A stretch of 64,000 bases of DNA from Gammaproteobacteria bacterium. GTDB lineage: Bacteria > Pseudomonadota > Gammaproteobacteria > Steroidobacterales > Foliamicaceae. The translations under genes and the position numbers were made by a program. Below, in pieces: positions 39,518 through 51,963 of the stretch. Positions within the stretch are counted from its first letter, which is position 1. Each line of letters starts with the position of its first letter. The notes below the pieces were generated by a model. The model searched no databases. It saw only the letters and a list, made by a program, of their open reading frames with translations, and was not told the origin of the DNA. Location of the stretch: NCBI GenBank assembly GCA_028821145.1, contig JAPPHC010000012.1, positions 2,026 to 66,025 on the forward strand. Direction: 5' to 3'.

Positions 39518-40543
39518 ATGACCGAGACATCTCAGATCCGTGGCTTGTACGAGAGTTGCATAGGCGTGCCCGACCTTGTGGAGGGCACAAAGTTCTGGGG
39601 ACAGTTTGGATACAAGGTTACCCGGCAAGGTTCACTGTCCGCCCGGGCAGCAAAAGGTCTTTATGGCGTCGATTCAGCGCTGACTTCGGTCCAGATGCAA
39701 CATCTGGACACGGACCACAGCTTCCTGCGCCTCATGCAGTGGGACAAACCGGTCAATGCCGGTATCGGCATCACAAAACACTTGCGTCAGGATGGCGGAC
39801 GGTGGGGTGTTGTCCTGACACGAAGCATTCTGAACATTCTCAACCATGTGGAGGATGCGATCGCTCTGGGGCAACCCTGGAACTACATAATTCCGCATTG
39901 GTTGCAAGTGTATGCGATGGACAAGGGTCAGCCCTTTTTCTCCAACCCCATTGGTATTCGTGAAGGTATTGTCACGCATCCTTTTCATCGATTGGCGCTG
40001 TTCGAGCGCTACAACTACGAAAAGCCGACCTACGGCCTGATTGATGACGACAGCTTCCTGAAAACCAGTCAGTTCACCCATCACGGCATCATGATCCGCT
40101 CGGACGACCCTTCAAAACTTGCGTTCTATGATCGTTGCCTCGGCCTGCTGAAGCAGAAAGAGCACAGCCTTGGAGGCAAGCCGACCTGCGCTCCCGGCAA
40201 CAAGGCGACTTTTGCCCTGAGCGACGACGAGGTCTATCACATTCATGACTTTGATGACCCGCGTTCGTCACTGGACATTTCAGGCCATTTGTCCGGGCGC
40301 CTGAAGATCGTACGCATGGCCGAAAGCGCGGAAATGCCCGACGTTTATGACAAGTGCCGTCCGGGTGCGCTGGGCATGTCGCTCTTCACTTATCAGGTTC
40401 GGGACATTGACGATTACCGTGCCCGTGTTATCGACGGCGGCGCCACCGACGTAACCGACGTATGCGGAAACGAATACGGCGCCCCAAGCATTTCGTTCGT
40501 TGCGCCGGACGGAAACGCCTGGAACCTGGTCGGAAACCTGTGA
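39518..40543 (+). CDS. Two-domain VOC/glyoxalase-family protein
   Basis: IGVPDL...FWGQFGY, FTHHGI...FYDRCLGL and SFVAPDGNAWNL; GGAGA SD. Confidence 0.72.
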   Translation: MTETSQIRGLYESCIGVPDLVEGTKFWGQFGYKVTRQGSLSARAAKGLYGVDSALTSVQMQHLDTDHSFLRLMQWDKPVNAGIGITKHLRQDGGRWGVVLTRSILNILNHVEDAIALGQPWNYIIPHWLQVYAMDKGQPFFSNPIGIREGIVTHPFHRLALFERYNYEKPTYGLIDDDSFLKTSQFTHHGIMIRSDDPSKLAFYDRCLGLLKQKEHSLGGKPTCAPGNKATFALSDDEVYHIHDFDDPRSSLDISGHLSGRLKIVRMAESAEMPDVYDKCRPGALGMSLFTYQVRDIDDYRARVIDGGATDVTDVCGNEYGAPSISFVAPDGNAWNLVGNL

Positions 40544-40557
40544 TCCACGGATGGCGG

Positions 40558-40645
40558 CGGAGGGAGTGGGATTCGAACCCACGTGGGGCGGATCGCCCCC
40601 ATCTGATTTCGAATCAGCGCCGTTAGGCCTCTCCGGCATCCCTCC
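40558..40645 (-). tRNA. tRNA-Ser (anticodon CGA)
   Basis: GGAGGGA/TCCCTCC acceptor stem, anticodon loop TT-CGA-AA, long variable arm, GTTCGAATCC T-loop, discriminator G. Confidence 0.93.
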
Positions 40646-40653
40646 GGGGGCGG

Positions 40654-40659
40654 ATTATA
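40654..40659 (-). promoter_or_regulatory. -10 box of the tRNA-Ser promoter followed by a GC-rich discriminator
   Basis: TATAAT-CCGCCCCC-tRNA 5' end. Confidence 0.6.
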
Positions 40660-40692
40660 TTGCGCCGCCCCTCAATGGGTCGCCGCCCTGCT

Positions 40693-41883
40693 CTAATCCA
40701 GGCGCTTGGTGAATCTCAGCACCGGTATCGCGATCGACACCAGGAACAGGCCCGAGATGGCGTACATCTGCGGCGCCAGGTCCGCCAGCGTCGCGCCGCG
40801 CAGGATGATGCCCCGTACCACCTCCACGAAGTGCGTGATCGGGAACAGCAGGCCCACCCACTGGGCCACCCTGGGCATTCCGTCGAAGGGGAACATGAAA
40901 CCCGAAAGCAGCAGCATCGGCAACATGAAGAAGATCGCGCCCTGGATCGCCTGGAATTGCGATTTGGCGAAAGTGGAAATGGACAGTCCGATGCCGAGCG
41001 TGGCGGCAACGAAAACAAGGCTGGCTATATAGAGATCCAGCAGGGACCCCACGGTCGGCACGCGGAACAGCCAGGTTCCGGCGAAATAGACGATCGACAC
41101 CTGGATCAGCCCGATCAGGATGTAGGGGGCGATCTTGCCCAGCATCAACTCGTAGTTGCGCACCGGCGTGGTAATCAGGAACTCCAGGTTGCCGCGCTCG
41201 CGCTCGCGCACCACTGCGACCGCCGTGAACACGATCATCGTGAAGTTGAGAATCAGGCCCACCAGGGCGGGCACGATCTGCACGGCCGAGCGCCGTTCGG
41301 GGTTGTAGTAGAAACGCAGGGCCAGGGGCATGTCCGGCTGTCCGGTTTGGGCGCGCGGCGACGGCAGAAACTGCACCAGCCGCTCGATCGCACTGATGAT
41401 GGTCGGATCGCCGGCATCGACCATCAGTTGCGCCAGCGGACGGTCGCCGTCGCTCAGGCGACGCTCGAAATCCGCCGGGATGTAGAGCACGGTGCGCAGG
41501 TCTCCACGGCGCATTTCTCCCAGCATTTCGGCCACGTCGCCCGACCGGCTGACGAAATCCAGAACCTGGCTTGCTTCCAGAGAGTCCACGAGTTGGCGCG
41601 ACATCGAGGTGTCCGCGTGGTCCACCAGCCCGGCGGCCATGTGGCGCACGTCGGTGTTGATGGCGTAACCGAACAGGACGATCTGGATGAGCGGCAGTCC
41701 CACGATCATTCCCAGCGTCAACCGCTCGCGAAACAACTGCCGTATTTCCTTGTCGACGATCGCCGAGGTCCGCCGGAACCAGAACCGCACCAGGCGCAGC
41801 AACGGAGGTACCCAGGAAAGGCTGAACACGAAGGCCCGCCACAGGCCCACCACGATGAACGTGAATGCCCGCCAGAGGTTCAC
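40693..41883 (-). CDS. ABC-2 type exporter permease (YbhS/R-like)
   Basis: KEIRQLFRE, RERERGNLEFLITTP and LSGFMFP motifs; GTG start overlaps the ATPase stop. Confidence 0.88.
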   Translation of the reverse strand: MNLWRAFTFIVVGLWRAFVFSLSWVPPLLRLVRFWFRRTSAIVDKEIRQLFRERLTLGMIVGLPLIQIVLFGYAINTDVRHMAAGLVDHADTSMSRQLVDSLEASQVLDFVSRSGDVAEMLGEMRRGDLRTVLYIPADFERRLSDGDRPLAQLMVDAGDPTIISAIERLVQFLPSPRAQTGQPDMPLALRFYYNPERRSAVQIVPALVGLILNFTMIVFTAVAVVRERERGNLEFLITTPVRNYELMLGKIAPYILIGLIQVSIVYFAGTWLFRVPTVGSLLDLYIASLVFVAATLGIGLSISTFAKSQFQAIQGAIFFMLPMLLLSGFMFPFDGMPRVAQWVGLLFPITHFVEVVRGIILRGATLADLAPQMYAISGLFLVSIAIPVLRFTKRLD

Positions 41884-42821
41884 CGGGACGGCCTTTGAAA
41901 GTTCGTGGCGGCCACGAATACGTCTTCCAGCGTGGCGCCCGTTCGCCGCACCGTCCCGTGCAATGACGCCTGTTTCAGCAAGGCGTCGATACGTTCCACC
42001 GGGGACGCCGTGTCGGGCCGAAGCATGACGCGCAGGCGGTTGCCGAGCTGGGTCACGGCCAGGACCCAATCGTTCGGGTCCAGCAATGCGCGGGTGCGTC
42101 TGGGCATCCGGGTCGCGACTTCGACCGTGATCGCCTCGAGCCGGTCCATCAGTTCCTGTGGCGGGCCTTCCCGCACCATCGCGCCCCGGTCGAGAAAAGT
42201 GAGGCGGTGGCATCGTTCCGCTTCGTCCATGAAATGGGTGGAGACGAGGATCGTCGTGCCCTCATCTGCCAGTTCGAACAGGCGGTCCCAGAAATCCCGC
42301 CGGCTCTGCGGGTCAACCGCGCTGGTGGGTTCGTCCAGCAACAGCAGCCGGGGTTCGTGGAGCGTGACGGCTGCCAGGGCCAGCCGCTGTTTCTGGCCGC
42401 CGCTCAGGGTTCCGGCGAGGCGTGAATGCAGGTCGCTCAATTCATACAGGGCGCTGTTGACCTCGATGCGCTCCCGCATGCGCCGCAATCCCAGGTCGAA
42501 TACGCGGGCGACGAAGCGCAGGTTCTCAAGGACGGTCAGGTCCTCGTACAGCGAGAACTTCTGGGTCATGTAGCCCATCTGCAGGCGCAGCTTCTCGGCT
42601 TCCTCGGGCACGCGGCAGCCGAGAACGGTGGCCTGCCCCGCCGACGGCACCAGCAACCCGCACAAAAGCCGCATCGTGGTGGACTTGCCGGAGCCGTTGG
42701 GTCCCAGGAAACCGAAGATACGGCCGCGCGGGACGTCGAGATCGAGATTGCTTACCGCGGTTACGGGGCCGAAGCGGCGCGTCAGGCCGCGGCAGGAGAT
42801 GGCAAAGTCGTGTTCGTTCAC
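41880..42821 (-). CDS. ABC transporter ATP-binding protein
   Basis: GPNGSGKS, LSGGQKQR and LLLDEPT motifs. Confidence 0.95.
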   Translation of the reverse strand: MNEHDFAISCRGLTRRFGPVTAVSNLDLDVPRGRIFGFLGPNGSGKSTTMRLLCGLLVPSAGQATVLGCRVPEEAEKLRLQMGYMTQKFSLYEDLTVLENLRFVARVFDLGLRRMRERIEVNSALYELSDLHSRLAGTLSGGQKQRLALAAVTLHEPRLLLLDEPTSAVDPQSRRDFWDRLFELADEGTTILVSTHFMDEAERCHRLTFLDRGAMVREGPPQELMDRLEAITVEVATRMPRRTRALLDPNDWVLAVTQLGNRLRVMLRPDTASPVERIDALLKQASLHGTVRRTGATLEDVFVAATNFQRPSR

Positions 42822-43810
42822 CTGAGCGACGGAAAATCGACTTCCACCGGCTGCCCCACCGGCAGATCGCCATAAACGTCTTCCGTGATCGACACTTTCG
42901 CCAGGTAGGCAAGCCGGCTGCGGTCACGTTGAGTCAGCGAGAAATAAGGCGTAAAGGCCGCTTCCGAGGAAACGAAGGTCACCGTGCCTTCGATTTCGTT
43001 TGCAAGGCCGTCCACCCTTATCCGTGCAGCCAGTCCCGGCTGCACGCGGGCCCGCAACGGTTCCGGCACGTAGATCCGCGCATGCAGCGTGTCTCCGGCC
43101 AGCATGACGGCCAGCGTCGCACCCGGTGGAGGACGTTCTCCCAGCTCATACGGCAGTGCCTCGATCCGGCCATTCCGCGGCGCCACGATTTCCAGCCGTT
43201 CGGCGCTGATCCGCAGGCGCTCCAGCCGGGCTTGCGCTTCGTCCACGGCGGCCTCGGCCTGTCCCAGCTGTTCCACCGTGGCCCCGTCCAGCAGGTCTTC
43301 CAGAACGGCGCCCAGTGCCTCCACGTCGGTACGGGCGATTTCCACGGCCCGCAGCGCGCGGTCCACGTCGGTCTGGCTGGCGATGTTCTGCTCCGCAAGG
43401 TCCCGGACGCGCAGATGTTCGCGGGTGCTGACCTCGAGAATCTCCCTTGCGCCGTCAAGGCGCGCACGGGCGGCGCGTATCGCCTCCTCCCGCGGGCCGC
43501 GAACGAGTTCCGCGAGCCGCTGACGTGTCCGCGTAACGGCCGCTTCCGCCGCCTTGAGGTCCTGATCCACGCGGGCGCCGTCCTGCCGCATCAATAGCTG
43601 CCCGGCCTGCACCCGCTCCCCTTCGGCGACCTTCAGTTCCACGATGGTCTCCTGGAACTCCGCCACCAGTTCCATGCGTTCGCGCTCGAGCGTGCCGACC
43701 AGCGGAAGCGGCGATGAGTCGCCCGTGCAGCCGCCGGCGAGCAGAGTACAGGCAATCACCCCGGCGAACGCTGCCTTTTGCAGCGCAGTGTGGGGTATTT
43801 CAGGATTCAC
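42818..43810 (-). CDS. HlyD-family membrane fusion protein (YbhG-like), probable lipoprotein
   Basis: LAGGC lipobox, VAEGERVQAGQLL lipoyl half-motif, coiled coil, AAFTPY. Confidence 0.87.
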   Translation of the reverse strand: MNPEIPHTALQKAAFAGVIACTLLAGGCTGDSSPLPLVGTLERERMELVAEFQETIVELKVAEGERVQAGQLLMRQDGARVDQDLKAAEAAVTRTRQRLAELVRGPREEAIRAARARLDGAREILEVSTREHLRVRDLAEQNIASQTDVDRALRAVEIARTDVEALGAVLEDLLDGATVEQLGQAEAAVDEAQARLERLRISAERLEIVAPRNGRIEALPYELGERPPPGATLAVMLAGDTLHARIYVPEPLRARVQPGLAARIRVDGLANEIEGTVTFVSSEAAFTPYFSLTQRDRSRLAYLAKVSITEDVYGDLPVGQPVEVDFPSLR

Positions 43811-43855
43811 TCTGGTTACCGATGGTTTTCGAAACCAATGATAACGAAAGCTCTC

Positions 43856-44322
43856 CTAGCGGCGTGCGCGGAAAAAGGCGCGCAGCAGTTCGGCTGACTG
43901 CTCCTCAAGCAGGCCGGACTGCACTTCGCATCGGTGATTGAGGGATGGGTTGTCCAGCACGTTGAAGACGCTGCCGGCCGCGCCCGACCTGGGGTCGTGC
44001 GTCGCGAAAACCACGCGTGAAAGTCGCGCCAGGATGAGCGCGCCGGCGCACATCGCGCAGGGTTCCAGCGTGACGAAGAGTTCGGCCCCCGGGAGGCGGT
44101 AGTTGCCCGCCGAGCCGCAGGCTGCACGCAGGGCTTCGATTTCCGCGTGGGCGGTGGGGTCCGCGGCCTCGATCATGCGGTTCCTGCCCTCGCCCGCGAT
44201 GTGCCCCTCCCGGACCAGCACGGCGCCCACCGGCACCTCGCCCTTTTCGCCGGCCTGCGCGGCAAGCTCCAGGGCGCGCAGCATGAAACGCTCGTCGTCG
44301 CCCGCAAGCGGCGGCTCCGCGC

Positions 44323-44326
<4 letters not shown>
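43856..44326 (-). CDS. tadA: tRNA adenosine(34) deaminase
   Basis: EVPVGAV, HAE and [11 protein letters not shown] motifs. Confidence 0.95.
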
Positions 44327-47354
<3,028 letters not shown>

Positions 47355-47368
47355 CTATCATTTTACAA

Positions 47369-48748
47369 ATGCGTGGCGAAGTGGTAAATCTCGGCGCGGG
47401 CGAACGGACCGAAGACGCGCCATTGCTGCAAGTCGGGCAACTGGTCCAGCTTATCGCGACACGCCTCAGGGACGAGTTTGCGGCAGTCAGGGTGGAGGGA
47501 GAAATCGCCGATTTCAGCCACTACCGCGGGCGCCACATGTACTTCAAGCTGAAGGACGAAGATGCGCTGATTCAGTGCGCAATGTTCGCCACCGCCAACC
47601 GGAGGCTCACGTTCAAGCCGGCCGACGGACAGCGCGTCATCGCCATGGGCCAGGTCCAGGCCTATACGCCGCGAAGCAGCTATCAGCTCATTGTCTCGGA
47701 CATGCGCGAGACCGGCGTCGGCAAGCTGCTGCAGCAGTTCGAGGCGCTCAAGCGCCAGCTCAGGGAAGAGGGGCTGTTCGACGAGGAGCGCAAGCGGGCG
47801 ATCCCCTTGCTGCCGAACCGCATCGGGCTGGTCAGTTCGCGGGAGAGCGCGGCGGCGCGCGATGTCGTCACGGTATTGCGCAACCGCTTTCCGGCGCTGC
47901 CCGTGATCCTGTACCACACCCAGGTGCAAGGCGCGGGAGCCGCCGAACAGGTTGTTGCGGCGTTGCGCGCCGCGGCGGAGCAAAAGAACTGCGACCTGGT
48001 TATTCTGGCGCGCGGCGGGGGCGACCTCGAAGACCTGGCCACGTTCAACGACGAACACCTGGCGCGTTTCATCGCGGCCTTCCCCATACCGCTGATCAGC
48101 GGTGTCGGGCACGAAACGGACTACACGATCGCGGATTTCGTTGCCGACCGAAGGGCGGCGACCCCGTCGCAGGCGGCCGAGATTGCCACGCCGGACGCGG
48201 CTGACTGGCTGCGGCGGGTGGAGCGGGCCCGGAGCAGCATCGAGCAGGCGGCCGGCTCGGTGCTGACGGGCCGGGGCAGATCGCTGAGCCAACTGTCGGG
48301 GAGACTGACCCGCGCCGGCCCTCCCGCGCGGCTGATGCAATGCGGTCAGCGCCTCGACGAGCTGCACGACCGAATGCGCAGCGCGGCCGTACGGCTGCCG
48401 GGTTCCGGCGCGCAAACGCTCGCGACGCTGCGGACCCGGTTATTGTCCGGTTCGCCGATGAATGCGGCTCGCGGAGGCCGGACCCGGCTTGAGTGGCTGG
48501 TTCCGCGTCTCGGCGCCGCAGCGCAAAGTCTGCTTGCCGCCTCGTACCGGCGGGTGGACGTGGCCCGCTCGGCGCTGCGCGGGCTGGGCCCGCAGAACAC
48601 GCTCAGCCGGGGCTACGCGATCGTGACCGGTCCCGAAGGCCAGGTGCTCACCGACGCCTCTCAGGCGGCTCCGGGGAGCGACATCCAGGCGCGGCTGGCT
48701 CGCGGTATCTTGCAGGCCCGCGTGCGAAAGAAGAAAGACTCAGGTTGA
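47369..48748 (+). CDS. xseA: Exodeoxyribonuclease VII large subunit
   Basis: HMYFKLKD, ARGGG, GVGHETD and RAATPS motifs. Confidence 0.95.
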   Translation: MRGEVVNLGAGERTEDAPLLQVGQLVQLIATRLRDEFAAVRVEGEIADFSHYRGRHMYFKLKDEDALIQCAMFATANRRLTFKPADGQRVIAMGQVQAYTPRSSYQLIVSDMRETGVGKLLQQFEALKRQLREEGLFDEERKRAIPLLPNRIGLVSSRESAAARDVVTVLRNRFPALPVILYHTQVQGAGAAEQVVAALRAAAEQKNCDLVILARGGGDLEDLATFNDEHLARFIAAFPIPLISGVGHETDYTIADFVADRRAATPSQAAEIATPDAADWLRRVERARSSIEQAAGSVLTGRGRSLSQLSGRLTRAGPPARLMQCGQRLDELHDRMRSAAVRLPGSGAQTLATLRTRLLSGSPMNAARGGRTRLEWLVPRLGAAAQSLLAASYRRVDVARSALRGLGPQNTLSRGYAIVTGPEGQVLTDASQAAPGSDIQARLARGILQARVRKKKDSG

Positions 48749-50065
48749 AGACTCCGTGTAGGGATTGGCCCCCGTGCGCAGCTCGATGCGCACCGGCGTG
48801 CCCCGCAAGCCGAATTTCGTTCGAACGCGGCGCGCCAGGTAGCGGCGGAAACTGGCCGGCAGGTGTTCCGTCTGCCGCCCGTGAATGACGATCAGCGGCG
48901 GGCGTTTTCCGCCCTGGTGTGCATAGTTCAGCCGAATCCTGCGCCCGCCGCGCCTGGGCGTCGCATGCTCTTCCACGGCCCGTCGCAGCACCGCGTTGAG
49001 TTGGCCCGTGGGCAGATCCCGGCTGGCCGACTCCACGCCGGCCAGCGCACTGTCGAGCAGCTTCGTCACGCTCCAGCCGCGCAGGGCCGACACCCGGTGC
49101 AGATCGACGAAATCCAGGAAGTTCAATTGCCGCGTCAACTCGTCGTTCACGCGGGTCCGTCCGGAAGCCGGAAGCCGGTCCCATTGATTGGCGCCGATCA
49201 CAAGCGCCCTGCCCCGGTCCAGAGCCAGGGAGATCAGCCTCAGGTCCTGCTCCGTTGCGCCTTCCCGGGCATCGAGAAGAACGATCACGGCGTCCGCCTG
49301 CTCTATCGCCTGCAATGCCTGCGTTACCGACAGCCGTTCGGGGCCGGGATCGACCCGCGTGCGCCGCCGGATGCCCGCCGTATCCACCAGCGTGCACGGC
49401 TCGCCGCCGTACTCGAAGTCCAGCGGCACGCTGTCACGCGTGGTACCGGCCTGGTCCCGCACCAGCATGCGCTCCTCGCCCAGGTAGCGGTTCACCAGGG
49501 TCGATTTGCCCACGTTCGGGCGGCCGATGATCGCGATCCGGGTGCGTCCCTCGTCCGCCTCCAAAGTTGTCGCGTCAGCCGGCAGAGCGTGCGCCACCGC
49601 GTCCGCAAGCGATGCCACCCCGTCGCCGCGAAGCGCTGATATGGCAAAGGGATCGGGGATGCCCAGGGCATGAAACTCCGCGACGCTGATTTCCCGCGGC
49701 TGCCCTTCGCTCTTGTTGACGGCGAGGATCACGGTGCAGCCGGCCTCGCGCATCCAGCCCGCCGCCGCTTCATCGGCCGGGCAGAGTCCCTGGCGGGCGT
49801 CGGTCAGCAGGACGGCGAGATCGCTCTCGGCCAGCGCCCGTTCGAACTGCCCGCGAAGCGCCTCGTCCCAATCGCCGCCCTCGCCTACGCCCGGCGTATC
49901 GACAAGAATTACGCGCCGGCCGTCCAGCCGGGCCAGGCAGTGGCGGCGGTCGCGCGTCAGACCGGGATAATCGGCGACCAGAGCTTCGCGTTTACCGGCA
50001 AGCCGGTTGAAGAGCGTGGATTTGCCTACGTTGGGCCGCCCGGTAAGGGCCACGACCGGTAACAC
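48740..50065 (-). CDS. der: Ribosome biogenesis GTPase Der
   Basis: Two tandem GRPNVGKS GTPase domains followed by a KH-like domain. Confidence 0.95.
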   Translation of the reverse strand: MLPVVALTGRPNVGKSTLFNRLAGKREALVADYPGLTRDRRHCLARLDGRRVILVDTPGVGEGGDWDEALRGQFERALAESDLAVLLTDARQGLCPADEAAAGWMREAGCTVILAVNKSEGQPREISVAEFHALGIPDPFAISALRGDGVASLADAVAHALPADATTLEADEGRTRIAIIGRPNVGKSTLVNRYLGEERMLVRDQAGTTRDSVPLDFEYGGEPCTLVDTAGIRRRTRVDPGPERLSVTQALQAIEQADAVIVLLDAREGATEQDLRLISLALDRGRALVIGANQWDRLPASGRTRVNDELTRQLNFLDFVDLHRVSALRGWSVTKLLDSALAGVESASRDLPTGQLNAVLRRAVEEHATPRRGGRRIRLNYAHQGGKRPPLIVIHGRQTEHLPASFRRYLARRVRTKFGLRGTPVRIELRTGANPYTESST

Positions 50066-50083
50066 GGCCCTGCTCCACCAGGA

Positions 50084-51271
50084 TCACGAGCCGGCCGCTG
50101 CCGCGGAGCGCCAGGCGGTCAGTTCGCCGGATACGGTGAGCGCGAACAGCCTGTCGCCCATCACCAGCGGTTGCGAGCCTATGCGGCTGTTCCCTGCGCG
50201 GGCGCGCGCCTCCAGCCTTCCGGTAAAGACGTTGAAGCCGTGCAGATACCCCTCGAGGTCACCGACCATGACGTGGGCGGCGTAAAGCACCGGCCGGGAA
50301 AGGTCCCGATAGCCGAGCGAATCGGAGCTCCACAGCGGGGTGCCGCCGGTGCGGGCGTGGGCGCTTATCTGCCCGTCTTCGCTGACCGAATAGACATTGT
50401 TCGCGTCCACCACCAGTCCGTTGTAGCCGGAAAATTCCCGCGACCAGAGCAATTCCCCCGACTCCGCCGCCACCGAGGTCAGCAGGCCGTTGTAGCCGGC
50501 GACGTAAACGTCGTTGCCCACCACCTGCACGTCGCCGTTGAGGTCCACCAGGCGTTCCAGCTCGTTGCGGCCCGCCGGCGCGGCAAGCGGCACGTCCCAT
50601 GCCTTGGCGCCGTCGGATTGCTGATAGGCCGTCAGCCGCCCGTTGTCGAACCCGCAGATGACCATCTGCGACTGCACCACCGGCGCGGACGTTCCCCGCA
50701 GACTGAGCCGGGGCATGCTCTGGGAAACCGACCAGAGCTCCTGGCCGGTGGCCAGGCTGAACGCGTACAGAAAACCGTGCACCGTGCGCACGAACAACCG
50801 TCCGCCGCCGATCGCTGGCGCCGCCAGCACTTCGCCGTTGACATAAGCGCGCCATTCCTCAATGCCGCTGTCCGCATCCAGCACTACGACCCAGCCGCCG
50901 GAGGAACCCACGGCGACCACGCCGGCCCCCACGACTGGGCCGGCGGAGAGACTGAGGTCCGTGTCGCGCCGCCAGCGCTGCCGGCCGTTCGCGGCGTCGA
51001 AGGCATGAACCACGCCGTCGACATTGGCCGCGTAAATCTTCGAGCCATCGCCGTCCAGACGCAAGGCGAGGCGCAATTCGTCACCGCCATCCCCGACCCT
51101 CGCGGACCAGACACGACGTATCCGGAACTGTTCGCTGAACTCCGTGAGTTCGCGGGGCTGGCGCGCCTCGCTCTCGTCGTCGCCGCCGAAAATTCCGCAA
51201 CCTCCGGCCGTCAGGGAGCCCGCGGCAAGAACCAGCACAACCAGCCCTCGTCTGGGAGAGAAGGGCTTCAT
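50084..51271 (-). CDS. bamB: Outer membrane protein assembly factor BamB
   Basis: Lipobox TAGGC, PQQ-like beta-propeller repeats, ELERLVD, position between yfgM and der. Confidence 0.92.
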   Translation of the reverse strand: MKPFSPRRGLVVLVLAAGSLTAGGCGIFGGDDESEARQPRELTEFSEQFRIRRVWSARVGDGGDELRLALRLDGDGSKIYAANVDGVVHAFDAANGRQRWRRDTDLSLSAGPVVGAGVVAVGSSGGWVVVLDADSGIEEWRAYVNGEVLAAPAIGGGRLFVRTVHGFLYAFSLATGQELWSVSQSMPRLSLRGTSAPVVQSQMVICGFDNGRLTAYQQSDGAKAWDVPLAAPAGRNELERLVDLNGDVQVVGNDVYVAGYNGLLTSVAAESGELLWSREFSGYNGLVVDANNVYSVSEDGQISAHARTGGTPLWSSDSLGYRDLSRPVLYAAHVMVGDLEGYLHGFNVFTGRLEARARAGNSRIGSQPLVMGDRLFALTVSGELTAWRSAAAAGS

Positions 51272-51273
51272 CG

Positions 51274-51963
51274 CTATCCCTCCTCGGCTGGTGCGCTTTC
51301 GTCAGCCGGCTGCGGCGCTGCCGCCTGGTCAGCGCCGGACGCGGCCAGGTGGTCCAGCTTCAGGCGAATCCAGGCGGCGTCGATCTGGCCGCTGTGCTCC
51401 AGTGCCGCCTGGTAGGCAGCACGCGCCGCGTCCTTCTGCCCCAGCGCCTGGTGCAGGTCGCCGCGCATGTCCTCCGCCAACTGCCTCCAGGCAGGAGAAT
51501 ATACGTCCGAATTCAGCGCATCCAGGCCATCTTCAGGCCGATCCATGTACAGGTAGACCCGCGCCAGCCGCAAGCGCGCCAATTGCCGCAAGTCCCCGTT
51601 GGATGTCGTTGCGATGACGGCCTGTAACTCCTGCTCCGCCAGGGAAGGCTGCGTCGTATCGACATACTCCTTTGCCATGAGCAGGCGGGCGTGATCCGCA
51701 TAGCCGCTGCCTTCGTGGTCCGCGACCAGGCTTTCCAGCAGCGTGCCGGCGGAATCCCGGTCGTCGGATTCGATCGCGGCCCGGAAATCCTCGTAGAGTT
51801 CGGATGCTACGGCGGACTGACGGTCCTGCCGCAGCTGCCATTGGTCATAGCCGAAGTAGCCGCCGATCCCTATCGCAACGGCCACGATCGCGGTCGGCGC
51901 GTATTCGCGCACCCAGCCCCGCACACGCGCCGCCTGCTGCTGATCGGTAAGAAAATCATCCAT
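51274..51963 (-). CDS. yfgM: YfgM-family ancillary SecYEG subunit (TPR)
   Basis: N-terminal TM, ARLRLARV and RGDL motifs, position after hisS. Confidence 0.88.
   Translation of the reverse strand: MDDFLTDQQQAARVRGWVREYAPTAIVAVAIGIGGYFGYDQWQLRQDRQSAVASELYEDFRAAIESDDRDSAGTLLESLVADHEGSGYADHARLLMAKEYVDTTQPSLAEQELQAVIATTSNGDLRQLARLRLARVYLYMDRPEDGLDALNSDVYSPAWRQLAEDMRGDLHQALGQKDAARAAYQAALEHSGQIDAAWIRLKLDHLAASGADQAAAPQPADESAPAEEG

Noticed and set aside
41830..41879. Repeated LWRAF peptide at the ABC permease N-terminus
   Set aside because: A short imperfect duplication in a region with an uncertain start; no evidence of function.
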